In this document: positions 12,505 to 27,173 of the stretch, one piece after another
Layout of the letters: each line of letters starts with the position of its first letter
Position numbering within the stretch: the first letter of the stretch is position 1
NCBI GenBank assembly: GCA_964016885.1
Contig: OZ024745.1
Span: forward strand, 17,546,001-17,610,000
DNA length: 64,000 bases
Origin: Eledone cirrhosa
Taxonomy: Eukaryota
Reading direction: 5' to 3'
The notes under the pieces: generated by a model
What the model was told of the DNA's origin: nothing
Seen by the model: only the letters and a program-made list of their open reading frames with translations
Database searches by the model: none
Translations under genes and position numbers: made by a program

Positions 12505-15500
12505 AACCCTTTATAGCAGCACAGAAACGCCTTCGGTGAGTGTATGAGATTGAGTGAGTTGTAGATTGACGTTATGCTGTGTGATTTAGCAGTTAGAGAT
12601 GATGTCATACTTTGTGACAAATAGGGCTGACGTCATCCTTGATATTTGGATATATTTTAGAACGATCACCCCCACCCCCCAAAAAAACACTTTTACACTA
12701 ACTATTCTGGGTATCGAATAATTTAATAACATGTTACCTATCTAGAATATATTGTTCTCATTTGAGAAGATTGGATACAAATATTGTAGAACACTAATGT
12801 ACTCTAATGAATTTTCTGACCTTATTGCTCCTCATTTCCTTTCGGCAAATATATTTTGAAAGTTAAGTGTATTTTTAGAGATACATTTCTGTCGCAAAAC
12901 ATAATTGAAAATCACGTCTCTTTGAAGAAGAACCTAATTGGCCAAATAGCTTTTGTGACAGGATATCTATGAATATCTTCATGTATCTCTTTATAGCATG
13001 AACATACATTCTATATAATATGAACCTAGTGATGATTATAATTTTGGCTTCATGACAACGGAAAAGTAAAAGAAAATAGGTATTGATGGGAATAAATGGG
13101 AACAGAGTAGCTACAAATGTTTGTTTATAAGAAACATGTTTCTTTTAATATATTATTTTGTCAAGCACAATCTATAATTCAATTAGTGGAAAATTATGTG
13201 CTAGAGTAATGTTTGTCTTAGAGAATTATGTTATCAATATAACATGATGCCATTAATAATCCTAGAGATAGACACGTAGAATATACTAATGCCTACGCAA
13301 TTGGTTTAAATGGATTGTTGTAAAAGTGTATAAAGTATAGACCTGAATTATTATGGGTTTCATTAATTTAGCTGTGTATACGTTACGCATGTGTTTGGAT
13401 GAGTGTCATTGTGTATAAAATCTATTTAATGTATAGAGTTAATTATCATACCTATACCAGAAAGGAAACTGGGTTTCTTCACTCTTGTTTAATTGCAGTT
13501 TTGCGTTACCGCTCATTATAACCGACATATGTTATGTTTACATGGCGATTTGTTTGGAAACATGTCAAAAGAAGGCTTACAATACGGGTTCTATCGTTTC
13601 AATGTAAATATAAAGATTCAATAAGTTCAATAAGTAAGTAACAGTTGTATAAACAATAAATTATATTCATAGGTGGCAGCAGATTGTATTATGGAGAAGA
13701 TGATGAGATACTTAAAGAGGTTATAAAGACAGAAAATAATGAACAACATATAAAGTTTATATGTCTGGTTAGTGGCAACTAGTGCAATGTGGCAAGAGAG
13801 AACATTGTAGTATTCTACTCTGGATGTGGATGAGCTTCCTTAACACATTCTAATACTAATGATCTTCCTTTTAACTGTTGGGAACCGATGTCTATTATAA
13901 TGACATGTCAGGAAATGAGTTTCTGTTGGTCGATGTTCCTGGAAGGAAAGAATATACGTAATGATTAGAAGGGATCAGACATATGGAAGAGAAGAGACGT
14001 CCGTGAACTTGGGATTATATGAGTTGCGTTTCTCTGTATAAGCTCAATGATATCAGTTTGAATACAGCAACACTGTTAACGATATGGCAGCAGTAATCCA
14101 GTGGTGATCTCAGGAGCCTGCACATCTAGTATCTAAATACAAACATATTATACACAAACCATTTATGAACTTACAAAAGATTGCATGTGCATCACATTAC
14201 AGTGGTTGGGTTCTTCTATTTCTAAACATGAAGTTTGATTATTTATTTTACATTTTAGCACGTTGCTTTATCATCTCACACTTTAATATATATGTAATAT
14301 ATTCACGAATTGCTACAAATAATATAGGCTATACATACTTTAAATAATTGTGAAATCGCCTACTGCATTGGACGTTATAATTTAACATTCTATGTATATT
14401 GAAAATGATTCCCCCTCACTTGATATTTTACCACTGTTCTGAAAGAAAGCTAGTCCATCATTTATAAGCTTAAAATAGTTATAGCTTCTAGACATTATCT
14501 AAATATAAATAAACCTCGCGTGATTGTGTGTTCCAATAAGATAAAGAAATATCCATTAAGTATCTGTTTTATATTTATTTACATTATGGACGTTAACGTC
14601 TATTTTTATTTTATTATATGTTCTTTAATTATGCATAAGTTAACATATTCGATTGCGATCAACCAACTCTGCAAACAAAAATATTGTTCTAGCTGTATCA
14701 CGAATATATCTAACATACAATGAACAATCTACATTTTATCAGGAGATCTAATTTCGTGATAAATTATGTGCTGAGTTTAATTTCAATTTCTAAATGCGTC
14801 CACAACACATTTACTCTGAATTAATGGACGTATATCATTTATAAAAGATACGAACTAAGTTGTTGGAAGCAATCTAGTTTTTTGCTTTTTAGTTTTTTGT
14901 TGTATTTTTGCTGATTATGATAGTGGTTTTTTGTGTATTACTGTAAATATATCTCCCACGAAACATGTAACCTTTAAATTGGAAACTATAAAATACATCA
15001 GATTTCCCATCTAATAGTTATTTTAAAAATATTTCCATTATTTCATTGACAGCAATACTATCCAATAGATGGTAAATGATATACTGTATCACATAAAACA
15101 GTAACACGTTTAGGACAGGAGCATGACTATATTCAGACAGTCGCCTCAAATTTGGAGTGTAACTTTAATCAATAAACAGGGAATTGCATACATTTCACAG
15201 ACTAGAATTTGAAGCCAGTTAAAACCATTCTTATTTAACATTTATATAAATCATATCAATCTTGGTAGGGAAAATATAAAGCCCATCACATCGATTTCTA
15301 TCAATCCTTCGAAAAACAAATGATTTGTTTCGTTATGGGAGCTGACACATGGAAACATCTTAAACCACTTCATTATCATGAATATTACATTTTCAATTAC
15401 TTTGGAGACACACGAATGCTTTGATCGATGTTATGAAATAAACCAAATATATTGGTCTGTGTTTAATTACTGAAATACATTTAAGATGTATAAAATCAAT

Positions 15501-17574
15501 ATAGGCCATGGCAATTAATGTTTAAGCAATTTATCTAGCAGCATCAAAGATCGACATTGTTTCGAATTTGTTTCACTGTCATATTTGTATTGAATATTAA
15601 TCCAGGAATTTCACACTAATGAATATATTTTACGTTGGAAGACAATTTTCATCTATGAGTGTAGTTCTTCAATTATGAAACGGGTGAAATCGGCTGTAAA
15701 TTCTAAGGTTATCAACACACACATTACGCAAAAGTTGACTATCTATTAAGGCAACATTACAGATTCATACCTTCTAATAATGTTCTTTATGTTCCATAAA
15801 GTAGAGCTATAATAAGTATATATATTAACCTAAAGTCTAGAATATTATTTCAAATTACAAGTACTAATATAAACGTGCTGAATAATAAAGTATAACACTC
15901 TTCTTATCAAGATCTTTAGATTTGTAAGCGTTTAGATATTGGAAATTAGTTTGGTTTAGCAGAAAATTGCTTAATACTTGCTTGGCGCATTTGAATTACA
16001 AATAACGGGAAACGATAACGAAGCAAACGCTAATTTGAATACATTTGCGTTTCAAATATGTATTGTTGCCTTCAAGGAATTTCAAGTGTGGAAGCTGTGA
16101 ATTCGTGAGTGTATATTATATAGGAAAAACTAACATGTCTTGAGGTTAAATATGATTGGAGTCTTCAATTGTGTTAATACGTTGTTTGTTAAGCTAGAAT
16201 ACATCTATTTTCAAAGCTTAATAGCGGGATTTTGTTAGATATATTAAAGCCATAAGGAATTGGATATGTAAATAGTTATGATGCTCAAAATAACAATATT
16301 CACGTATTTTAAATGGATTACCATGTGTAACATCTAGGATAGTATGCGAAACTCACTCTTTCGAACACTCTCTTGTACATGACAGTATTTCCCGCTCCCA
16401 TACACACAAGCACACATGCATAGACAAAATCAAACATACTTATCCCAAATTAGAGAAACAAACAAACATATATAATAATTAAAGGTACACGGATGTATAG
16501 GCAGTTAGGTAGATTCGCAGATATCTAGACAGATAGATCATTATATAGATAGAAATGGTATGATTTAGACAGTGTTGTCTATGTCATATGACATTTTGAA
16601 TATTTTCCATATAATATGATCAGTGTCTATCAAACGCTAGGGCAATATATCGCTCCCAGATCACAATTGAGGATATCTCAACACTAGATGAAGACTGAAG
16701 ACGCCTCAATATTATACGCATGGGCTTTTGTGAAATTAGTTACTGAAGATATAAAAACGTTATGTTGTTAGGACATCAGAATTTTAGAAATGATAATTAT
16801 ATCCGGTTAATCAAGTTAGTACTACTACACTAATTATAGTGATTATTTTTACATATCTATTAGACATAAATGTGTAATGAGGAAATATATTAGCCTGTGA
16901 CTAATATCATTTTAATCAATCAGTCCAGTGCTTCAGACAACTCCGGATATATTTCAATCTCACTAGATGTCTCATCGAAACATAGTTCACCATGCCAGAG
17001 GAATTAATGAGGAGAGAATCATCAGTGACATTGGCAATATTTCACACAAGTAGGTGTGACGAATTAACATATTTCAGCGGACAAATCATTGAAATAAATT
17101 ACTGAACTTTGTCCATCTATAACGAAGCTATTATTACCATATTGTGTGCAGGAAACGCTTAGCAGTTATTATTATATGGTAAGCAGAAAGCAATGACTAT
17201 CGTGGAGTTGTATTATGTTAATTAACCCGTCATATATGGCAAATATCACGTAAACAATTTTCTGATATATTAATATCATCACGTTTAACATAGCTGAACC
17301 GAGGTTTCTTTTCGAACCCATAGTGCAGAAAAGATCTGGAGATAGGGATTAACATGGCTATCATCAATAACGAGCAATATTTACTGTCGCTTTCAAAAGA
17401 TATCCCTCAGTACACTGAACAATAAAATATTAGTATCTTCTTTTCACCAGGACCTTGTGGGAACAAAATAAACTTAATGATTGTTCATTTACAACATTAG
17501 GGGCCGTTTTCACGTGTGTTAGAAAGAATCAGGCTGAATTAAGTGCAAATTAAGTTGGAAGAATTGGGGGACTG

Positions 17575-18050
17575 GTGCAGTAATGCATCAAAATCAGCGT
17601 TCGGTTGTCGGAAGAAAGAAAATAGTTTTAAAAGAGAAACTCGTTATCTTCAATTCGGTATTCGTACCAACCCTTACTTATAGTCATATATCTTGGGTAA
17701 TGAATGAAGGAATATGATCGCGAATACAAGCGGCCGAAATAGGGTTCCTCCGAAGGCTCTTTGGAGAAACGTTACTTTGGAGAAACGTTTCACTCCATTT
17801 AAAGCCGCTACTTCTCCGAATTGAGAGATCACAACTTCGAATATTAAGGACATGTAGCTAGAATGCCCCAGGAAAATATTGCTTGACAAACTTTACGGGC
17901 AAAACCCATCGACAGGAAACTATGAGGTAGACCTTGAGCAAGATGATGGGATAACATCCATGAGCTTGGCTAGTCTTACATGGGGATACAGCCGGATCAT
18001 TTGGAGATTGTTGCTTCTGAAAGGAGCCGCTGAAATGTTTCTGATATCTA
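17575..18050 (+). mobile_element. Old degenerate RTE-clade LINE 3' fragment (second family)
   Basis: IFNSVFVPTLTYSHISWVM..SRIQAAEIGFLRR..IERSQLRILGHVARMP..GRP, with many stops and frameshifts. Confidence 0.75.
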
Positions 18051-19662
18051 CTTTACCAGAATATGTTTTATAGCAAGTATATTAGTACTCCATGTGGAAG
18101 AAAATATTGAATAATCCCCAAATCAAATGTGTGTTTTATTTAATAAACGAGGAATTGAACAACATTTATTTATCATTTAATGTTGCTATTATATACGAGG
18201 ATATATTGAAAGTTCTTAGGCTGACTAATATACTCTCCTGGAATGTCCAATTCAGGTTTAATTTTCAACATAGACCCTGGGAAAAGAATCAATGCATCTA
18301 TTACTAAGATGTGTTGAAATATAATGTGTACAAGATTTCACAGGACTAACATCCGACACTTGTAAGATATCTCCACTAACAGTTTACAGTATACTGCACA
18401 TAGGATATCACCAGGGATGAAACACCCCAGACATTTCTAAAAGTATTCACCAGTTATACGCATATCCATGATATAGGGACTGAATTCTATATTGAAAAGC
18501 ATCATCAGACTTCCCACCTAAAACATTTTCTAGATACTAACATTCATGCATAAACTGGGTAGGTTAAGCAAACCACCTAGGGAATTTTGAGCCCGCATCT
18601 CAGGAGATGACAGGTGATTCTTTAATTACATTCATTTCATTTCAACACAACCATAAGCGAGTGGCTAATTTAGCAATTCATATTTCTCCCTCTATTAAAT
18701 ATCAGAACATTTGTCGTATATATAATGAATGGTACCAAAGCATTGCAATGTAAATAGTCATAAATTGCGTGTTTCCTTTACATTTGAAGATATTGTATAG
18801 AGAAAGAGAAGTATAAAGTGTAGGTATATATTTACAGATATTTTCAATATTTCCCAAAAGGCTTAACAAGTATCAGATTGATCGTATGTTAATAACACTC
18901 ATTTCTCCACGGCCGAAAACAAACGACAGTGTCTGCAGTTGATTCTTTATATCAAAGAAAAAATATTAACTGACAATAAGAGTAAATATGAAACATACGT
19001 CTCAATGTGACATATTTGATGTTGATTTGAAATGTAAATCAAATGTTCGTAATGAAAGGAATATTTATTCGAAATCATTCAAAGTAGATTAAGTATATTT
19101 GCACATAAACGAAGCTACACTCGGAAAGTATTCAAATATATTTGCACAAAGGTTCTTTTAAGTTCTAGTTAAACATAACCAATAATTCATTGTCCTTCCT
19201 AACAAAATATCTGGACAATAACTTGCTAAATAGTGTACTAACCATCGCCTCACTCTCCTATGTATGCGGCTCATTATACTGTTCAAAATATGAACTCCAG
19301 AGAGATATAGAATCCGTATCAATAAGTCAAACATGATATTATTTAAAACATTTTATGTGTTTGTTTTATAGAGCTTAAAGGACAGGCTCCTCTCAGAGGA
19401 ATCAGCCTTACCTCCTTGGGGAAATAACTAATTTCATAATGTAGACGTGCACACCATTATAACAAATAGTTTAATAATGGATCAACAGGGATTATATCTG
19501 TTACCCATTGCTCCACATCCTCTGTTGGTCCTGGGTTGCGTTTCGTCCGGCAGTTGCCAGCTTATATCGCAACTAAACATTATAGTTGATGGCTGTATCG
19601 CTATCCACCGCATGTGACCCATTTCATAGCAGAACAGTTCTGCCGAGTAAGCATTATTATGA

Positions 19663-19739
19663 ACGGGGTCGATAAAATAAAGTACCAGTAATTCACTGGG
19701 ATAATTGCTGGCCTTGTGCCAAAAGTAGAAACAATTATT
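19663..19739 (+). mobile_element. SINE 3' fragment
   Basis: ACGGGGTCGATAAAATAAAGTACCAG...GTAGAAACAATTATT. Confidence 0.85.
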
Positions 19740-20598
19740 TTGAATTAAATCTCTTTTCTTTTTAGATTCAAATCAAGCAAGGGTTACCTTTGTCGATGAT
19801 CGTTACTGGTATGATAATATAAATTAAGAGTAAAGCACAGGGGTCTATTTAATTGATTGCCCACTCAAAGAAATACATTTGACAAAGGCTAGACTGTTTT
19901 GTAAGAAGTAGACTTACGGTCAAGACGTCTTTTGGTCTCATTTCACTGGCTGGTATTTTGGGAATTTGGTTCCATCATAGAATATTGCAGGTAATAGGGC
20001 AGATATATTTTTTGTGGAAGTCCATCTAATGGTACCTAGCTTCACTTCAATGGCCACGGGTGACAGGGCTTGTGGATTATTTCAGCGAACCGCAAATACC
20101 TCTTTGTATATCTCAGTTAAGAAATTCAATATCATCAAAAAACCGATCGCCTACAATATCAATACAAGATGCAATAAGTTATCATTGGCTTTCTCAGGAA
20201 ACTGGACACTTTCCACTGTTTTAATTAACAGAATTTCCTATATACTGAATTATTGCGGATCTAACTGAAACTTCTACAGATAGGATTAAGGTTAAAAATG
20301 CTATGAGGCACATTCCTGGTGACAATGTGAAGAATCGGAGACTACAAATCGCCACCATTATACGAGACTAAGGTGTTCTTTATGTTTCTGTCAGTGCAAA
20401 ATGAACGGTGGCAATGACAATTTTCAAGGATGCGGTAATTAGTGAGTACTTAACCATGTACGCAATGTTAAAGTTTAACTTCTCTTTTGTTTTTCCAAGG
20501 AAATTTCATACACAATATTGTTAAACTGTGGCCATAGTGAAAATGTCAAGGAAAGGTCACGCCCCGTTGCAAAGTGCAGTTTCTCTCATAGTTTATTT

Positions 20599-20887
20599 CA
20601 GGTAAGGGCAACCTTTTTCGAGAAGCCGACCGCATAACATATGGCTCATCATCAGGAGGCCGCAAGTGCTAATTTACATTCGTGCCCACATTAAATAAAG
20701 GGTGGTAAATCAGGTTGTTTTGATTTGTTTCTTCAAAATTCGTACACGTTGTTTTCCTCGAACGTAAAAATGATAGAAATATGAATTACGACTGAAAATC
20801 TGGGGTAGAAAAATCAGAAAGATTTCACGTAGGTGAATTAGGTGAGCTATTCAGAAAGCTTCGCTGACCGCAGGATGCCCCTGACTG
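20599..20887. mobile_element. Degenerate hAT-type MITE
   Basis: Imperfect TIRs CAGGTAAGGGCAACCT / AGGATGCCCCTGACTG, with imperfect 8 bp flanks GTTTATTT / CTTTATAT. Confidence 0.45.
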
Positions 20888-20951
20888 CTTTATATCTTAC
20901 ATCCTACAAGAAATGTAAAAAAGATAATGTATTTACAGTAAAAAATATTTC

Positions 20952-21081
20952 TAACTACTAATATTATTACTAGCACTACTACTACTACTACTACTACAAC
21001 CACTACTACTGCTCCTCCGCCTCTGCCTCCGCCTCCGTCTCCTCCTCCCTCCTCCTCCTCCTCCTCCTCCTCCTCCTCCTC

Positions 21082-21129
<48 letters not shown>

Positions 21130-21165
21130 TTAATACTACTACTACTACTACTACTACTACTATTA
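20952..21165. repeat. Compound (TAC)n-(CTC)n-(TAC)n microsatellite
   Basis: Directly visible. Confidence 0.95.
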
Positions 21166-22058
21166 CAACAGTGGCTTCATCCCACTGGCTACATCATTCA
21201 TGTTTCTGATTTTGCCCGTATTGCACTGAAATAGTTACAAGTATTCTCTAATATAGCTTTACCAATAAAATGTATGGGAATATTGCTAGAGGAAGACTGC
21301 ACAGAAGCGGGAAGAATATAACTCGCGATAATATAGAAGAAAATCTCTCTCAAATCATGCCTTAGATATTATAAAAGTAGGGAGGACGTACTGTACTGAA
21401 TATATGTTTGAAATCTAGGCTGGGCTTTTAAAACTGGACGAGTTATGATTATGTCTCCTTTTATGGAATTCTCATATATGGAAGGCTATATCCGGTGCCA
21501 GCCCCCTTACACTGCTTCTTATAATGCTCTTCACGATCTAACTTCAGGGAAGGCAGCACTATTATTATTTATCTCCTTCAATACAATGCATTTCGACCAA
21601 TCGCAGTTGTTCATCTTGACGACTATCAGATTATTTTTAATGGTTTATATAAAATATCATAAGACGTAATTGTCTTAATTTTTGAATGGATGAACTATCA
21701 TTTGAAGAGTTAATGATGTATAATGTTGGGTAAACAAAGTATTTATTGCAGATCCAATATATTATGAATGTGGCTTTTTATTCACATAAAAAATCTATGT
21801 CTAACGAAACATGTAATGTTTTTAATTGAATAAAAATATAATTGATATATGCGACTGACATATAAGTATTTTAATGAATGAGAATTTCCCATCGGTTCAT
21901 GATGTAAACTGAAATCCGCTCTAAAAATTATCATTGGCTAATTAAGGGAGAAACTCATGCGTAATGTAAGTTAATTAAAATTGCTTAACCAAATTAAAGA
22001 ATTTGCTTCCGAAAAAAATTAAGTTAGAGAGTAATACAAATAAAAGCCTGACTTAATG

Positions 22059-22132
<74 letters not shown>

Positions 22133-22595
22133 TACGTGGACGAAATCAGGAACAATAGCCACAAAAATAGTTTATGCGTAGTTATTGTATATCTGTCCAT
22201 ACAAAACCAAATGGTGGAAACCAGCTAAGCTAAATAATCAAAGACGGTTGATGTTTTACAGGAAGGACCGAACTTTCTAATTGAAGATTGACTATTGTAT
22301 ATATTATGCTTTGCCATCTCTAGTTTCGAAATCAGCACCCAGATTTATGTGCATGTTGAAATTGGGGATTCTGTTGAACCTTACATTGATTTTGGTGAGA
22401 GGCCTTTTTTGACAAGCATTTCTTCAGGAAAGCAGCCTCAAGTGTAAACCTATTGTTGAGTGTATGAAGCGGTCCATCTTAATTCAATGTAAAGCTTGGC
22501 GATCAAGATCAGTTATAGCATAATCATACGTTCTGCAAAATTTACATATATCTAGCATCAATATTTACCTTTTAGTCGTCCATTAATTAATTCCT

Positions 22596-22779
22596 GGATT
22601 GGCAGTATCGGTAGAGGGTCGGACACCATGCTTTGACGCAAAGAGTTACGGCCCTTGCCATTCTGAGTTCATATCCCGCCGAGGTTAACTTTGCCTTTCC
22701 CCCTTACGGGGTCGATAAAATAAAGAACCAGTAATACACTGGATAATTGCTGACCTTGTGCCAAAAGTAGAAACAATTA
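22596..22779 (+). mobile_element. tRNA-derived SINE
   Basis: A/B boxes, conserved body and tail. Confidence 0.9.
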
Positions 22780-23372
22780 ATTACTTCCCCTCTTGTGAAG
22801 TATAAACCACCTGAAATGCGTGTCGCTTTGTAAAACATGGTAGTGGTCACTAGAAATTTATCCTAATATAGAAGTCTCCCAGTCTGATTTGATATAATTT
22901 TAAAATATTAGGTTAGTCTTTACGGTGAAACTGCACTTTGGGCCACGAAGTATTTGATGTAACTTTATATCTTAATTGCTTTACTTATTCATGATTTTAT
23001 AAAGGTCTGACTGAATGATTACTTGTTTAGTTCATTCATTCATTGAGCAATAATTGTAATTGACGGACAACTTTATCTATGTGATTATAGACATGATTAT
23101 ATATATTGTTGTAGATGTAGATGTAAATATATATTTACACCGAAACGCATATATGTGGATTGTTGTATTGTTGTATATATATATATATATATATATCGAG
23201 CTGGTCGCCAGAGAAACGATTGTAATATGTCTAATACATTTTAATTCGTCGCACCACTGATTCTCCGTTTCTTATGTGATATTATACTCTGCTCTGTAAG
23301 AGCATAGAGTGCGTAAACGGCCTACCGCATAGGAACGCTTTAAGCATCCCACACCCATTATATATATATATA

Positions 23373-23563
23373 TAACGAAGGAAGTGTGGTCAGGAACCAT
23401 GTAGACCACAACGCACCAGAGTACTCGATACTTAGAGTAGTAGAGTTGGAAAAGAGTCAGAACCCCGATGGCTGTGCTCCGGCCGTTTGGACAGCTAGAT
23501 CAGTTCAGATCTAGCCGTCGAAACGGCTGGAGCTCAGCCGTCAGGGTCCTGACTCCTTTCCTA
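23373..23563 (-). mobile_element. Short inverted-repeat element (family also at 49935-50060 and 50821-51035)
   Basis: Arms about 23448-23501 / 23508-23561 around CTAGATC-AGTTCA-GATCTAG, ~75 bp unpaired tail, (TA)n flanks. Confidence 0.75.
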
Positions 23564-23640
<77 letters not shown>

Positions 23641-23645
<5 letters not shown>

Positions 23646-23827
23646 TCTACTTTAGGCACAAGGCCAGCAATAAACCAGTTCATTACTGGTACTTTATTTT
23701 ATCGACCCTGTAAGGATGAAAGGCAAAGTCAACCGCGGCGGGATTTGAACTCAGATCGTAAAGGGACGTAACTATGCTGGAAAGCATGGCGTCCGACCGT
23801 CTACCGATACTGCCAATGCACCGCCTA
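23641..23827 (-). mobile_element. tRNA-derived SINE
   Basis: Full-length match to the other copies, inserted in (TA)n. Confidence 0.9.
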
Positions 23828-23886
23828 TATATATATATATATTAATTCAAAATATTAACAAAAATAGACATTCGTGTGATCAAGTA

Positions 23887-23953
23887 TATTTTATTATACA
23901 TATTTCAGAGGTACTGAGCTAACTTCAACAGTACGTCCTCATCAGATAAAATA
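23887..23953 (-). ncRNA. Type I hammerhead ribozyme in PLE 3' end
   Basis: TATTTTAT-CTGATGA-GGACGTACTG(12 nt loop)CAGTACCTCT-GAAAT-ATGT-ATA-ATAAAATA. Confidence 0.85.
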
Positions 23954-26029
23954 AGATGATGCATGACATACCCTGACACAGTAGATGGTTAAGATTCAGT
24001 CATGGTAGTGAATAAGATATGACAAAACTCAATATTTATATACCTTAAGATTGAGACATGAAAATATTTACATATAATACAGAGGGTGCATGTGAGAAAG
24101 CTTAAAAACACATAATAGCAATTTTCATAACTGTTAGAGATTCATATAATTTAAATTATTGATGAAAGAAGAAAGAAAGAAGAAAGAAAGAAGAAAGACA
24201 GAGAGAAACAGATGAGGAGAAAATATAGCTACTAGAAGTATAGAAAGCGAAAGAGAATTGATCAAGGATAGAGAGTCAAGGAGGAATAATTTCTATAGTA
24301 TAAAGCATAGGGAGGGAGATTTATATTGTCGTGTGATGAGATAATTCAGAAATTATATATATCTATAGAAACACATATATATATTGGGCATAGCTTGGTG
24401 AAAAAGTAAACTCGAATCTTTGAATTATTGAATTATCTAGAAGTATCCATCAATCTAAATATTAAATATATATGGGTGTAATTATATGAGGGTTTAATTT
24501 CGAGTCCTTAGTTAATTAGAAATATACTAACAATTAATTATATACCCTATATATATCCAAACGTATCCGGCTGACCGTTAAATTTCAAATCATATATGTT
24601 AGTTCAGAATAATGAATTAATCAAAATGTATAATATTTCAGGCTATAAATGTTTATAAATATCTATATTAATATTAAAGTATACTATCATATATAATTTA
24701 TAAAATCATATTTAAAGTAAACATGAGAAAGAAGACTTAATACGTTCATCCTCACGAAGGTAATACATATTAAATTATATTATCTTATATTATATTTAAA
24801 AAAAAAAAAGATTTTATATTGAAATAATTCACATTATATAATTTAGAAAATAATTACAGTTATAACTTTAAAAATTTTAAATTAACAATTTGAATGCCTT
24901 AAAGTATCTAAAGGCTTTATAATTAAACTTAAAAAAGGGTATTATTAAATTAGATATATGCATTTGTCTAAATATATACAAAGAGTATATTGTCTAAAGT
25001 TCAAGACGATATTAGTCAGTTATACTTAACATAATATAATATAATATAATAAATAAGTTACTGCTAATATTGTTAAAAAATTAAGGTTTTATGTACTAGA
25101 TATATACTATAAATATACAAATCAAACTTCATGAATCATAAGGATAAGAACCAGATTCAAGGTAAAAAAATAAATTGTGTACGATCATAAAAGTGCCAAA
25201 TATCTAAGCTGTATAATTTAAAAATACAAGAAAATGTTTTTTTTTTTTTTTAAGGGTCTATATTGTAGTATAATGTCATATTTAAAGTGTCTGCAACCAT
25301 GAGAAAGAGAAAACTTAAGGTAACCCGAATTTAATTAAATTAAAAAATAATAATCGTTATATAATTTAGAAAATATTTAACAATTATAACACTAGAATGT
25401 CCTTAAGTATCTAAAGTACTTATACATATAGCTAGAAACATGTTATTATACTAGATATATACATTTGTCCAAATATATATAGAGTATTCTGTTCGGAACT
25501 GAAGACGATATTAGTGATCCATATACATATAATAAATAATAAATACAATCATTGTTAGTAAAGTTATAATTGAAGTTTTACATCAAGTTAAGTGGAAAAA
25601 GTTTGTCGACTAGAATCGTGTGCGACGCATATACCATAAATATATATAAAAAATAAAAATAAATATATAAATCAAACATCCTGAATCATAAAACTAACAT
25701 ACTCCAAAAGAATAAACACACAAATACATAAATGCATGAATGATTTACGGTTCATTACAACTGTTAACCATATAAGCGATATATTCAAAAAAATATACAA
25801 GAATCCCAATCTAATTAAATGTATCTACACAATCAAATCATATGCATATAGATCAAGAGATCATGTTAACAATCTATATAATTATATACCTATACAGAAC
25901 CCATTAATCTAACATTAATCATATCATAAATGAATAAGAAATTATTATAAGGTTTTATAATCTGTTATACAGTTTTACGCACTCAGTTGATAAGAGACGT
26001 CAAAAATTAAAACCTATTTATTTAGTGTT

Positions 26030-27150
26030 TTTTCCTGACTTTTTGCGAGGCTTGGAATGTAGAGGAAGCTTTATGAAGGCAATTTGAGAATAATTCACTC
26101 TTTTAGTTAATTACATTTTCATAATTAGTAATTATTAATAGGGTCTCCATGGTACAGAGATTGCAGTTAGGTGATATTGAAGAATTCAAGTAGATTCTAC
26201 TATTACACAGCTTCGACCATGAAATCGAGTATTTTAAATTTTTGTCTTTTAACGACCATATAAGTTGTGATAAAGAAGTCGAAGATTTCCTATTAGGATT
26301 CGAAAAAGAGCATTTGTGATTCGAAAATCTTGATTTAAATGTCGATGAAGTTGCACCCATATAGGTGTATGTGATGTTATTTGCTTTTACGGTGCATTTA
26401 TAGACCAGATTGCTATCCAGACAATTATTTTGCAGAGGGCAATTTGGTCTATTTCTACAATTACATTTCGATTTATTGTTATTACTATAAATTGGACAAC
26501 TTACATTAACATTATTAGTACTTTGAAGTGTTACAGTGCTTAGATTAATGTTATTGTTATTCCTAGTATTAATATTGCGAGTGTTATTATATTCATTATC
26601 GTTAAATGTTTGTTGATTATGATTTAGAATTCTACTATTTATTTTTGCGATGTTCTGGGCCATATTCATAGTTGTAGTATAAGAAAGCTTAATTGTGTTT
26701 CTGTTAAATATGGAACGGTATTTGTGTTGAATGGGGAAGGATTTATCTAAAGCTTTAAAGAATAGATTTTCGAGTGGTGTTTTTATTGGTACAGAGGCCG
26801 GGGAAGGGGGTGGGGCACACACCATATAACTGATTTAGCTCTGATTTTTTTCACCGATTTGTTCACGGTACAGGTATATTTATTACAATTTTTAGAATCT
26901 CGTTTACATATGTTAGTCTTATTTTTATCAGGATCATAATTCAAATTATTCTTATCTATATATTCAATATTATCTTTATCATCTGCCTTTCATAGCGCGT
27001 CATTATAATATCCTGCTTTTTTATCAAACATGGATATTCTAGTTATGCGTTTCTGTACATTATTGACTATTGCATTTTTCACGGATTTAGGGTGATTAGA
27101 GTAATAGCTAACATAATTTAAGTTTTCATTGGGCTTATGGAAAGGGTAAT
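26030..27150 (-). pseudogene. Disrupted PLE polyprotein C-terminus (RT thumb, Zn linker, GIY-YIG endonuclease)
   Basis: CNCRNRPNCPLQNNC, LVYKCTV..YMGATSSTFKSRFSNH, CNLCTME; premature stops. Confidence 0.88.
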
Positions 27151-27173
27151 AAATATATATATATCTATCTATC

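Larger units (their letters stand above)
23843..27150 (-). mobile_element. 5'-truncated Penelope-like element (RT thumb + GIY-YIG; CxCx5C linker suggests the Hydra-type group) with a ~2.1 kb AT-rich 3' region ending in an HHR
   Basis: YYPFHKPNENLNYVSYYSNHP thumb motif near 27150; GIY-YIG ORF 26103-26825; HHR 23887-23953; (TA)n at the 3' end. Confidence 0.88.

Noticed and set aside
16691-16750. CTGAAGA...GAAA hammerhead-like spacing
   Set aside because: No closing stem II next to GAAA, and no convincing stem I or NUH site.
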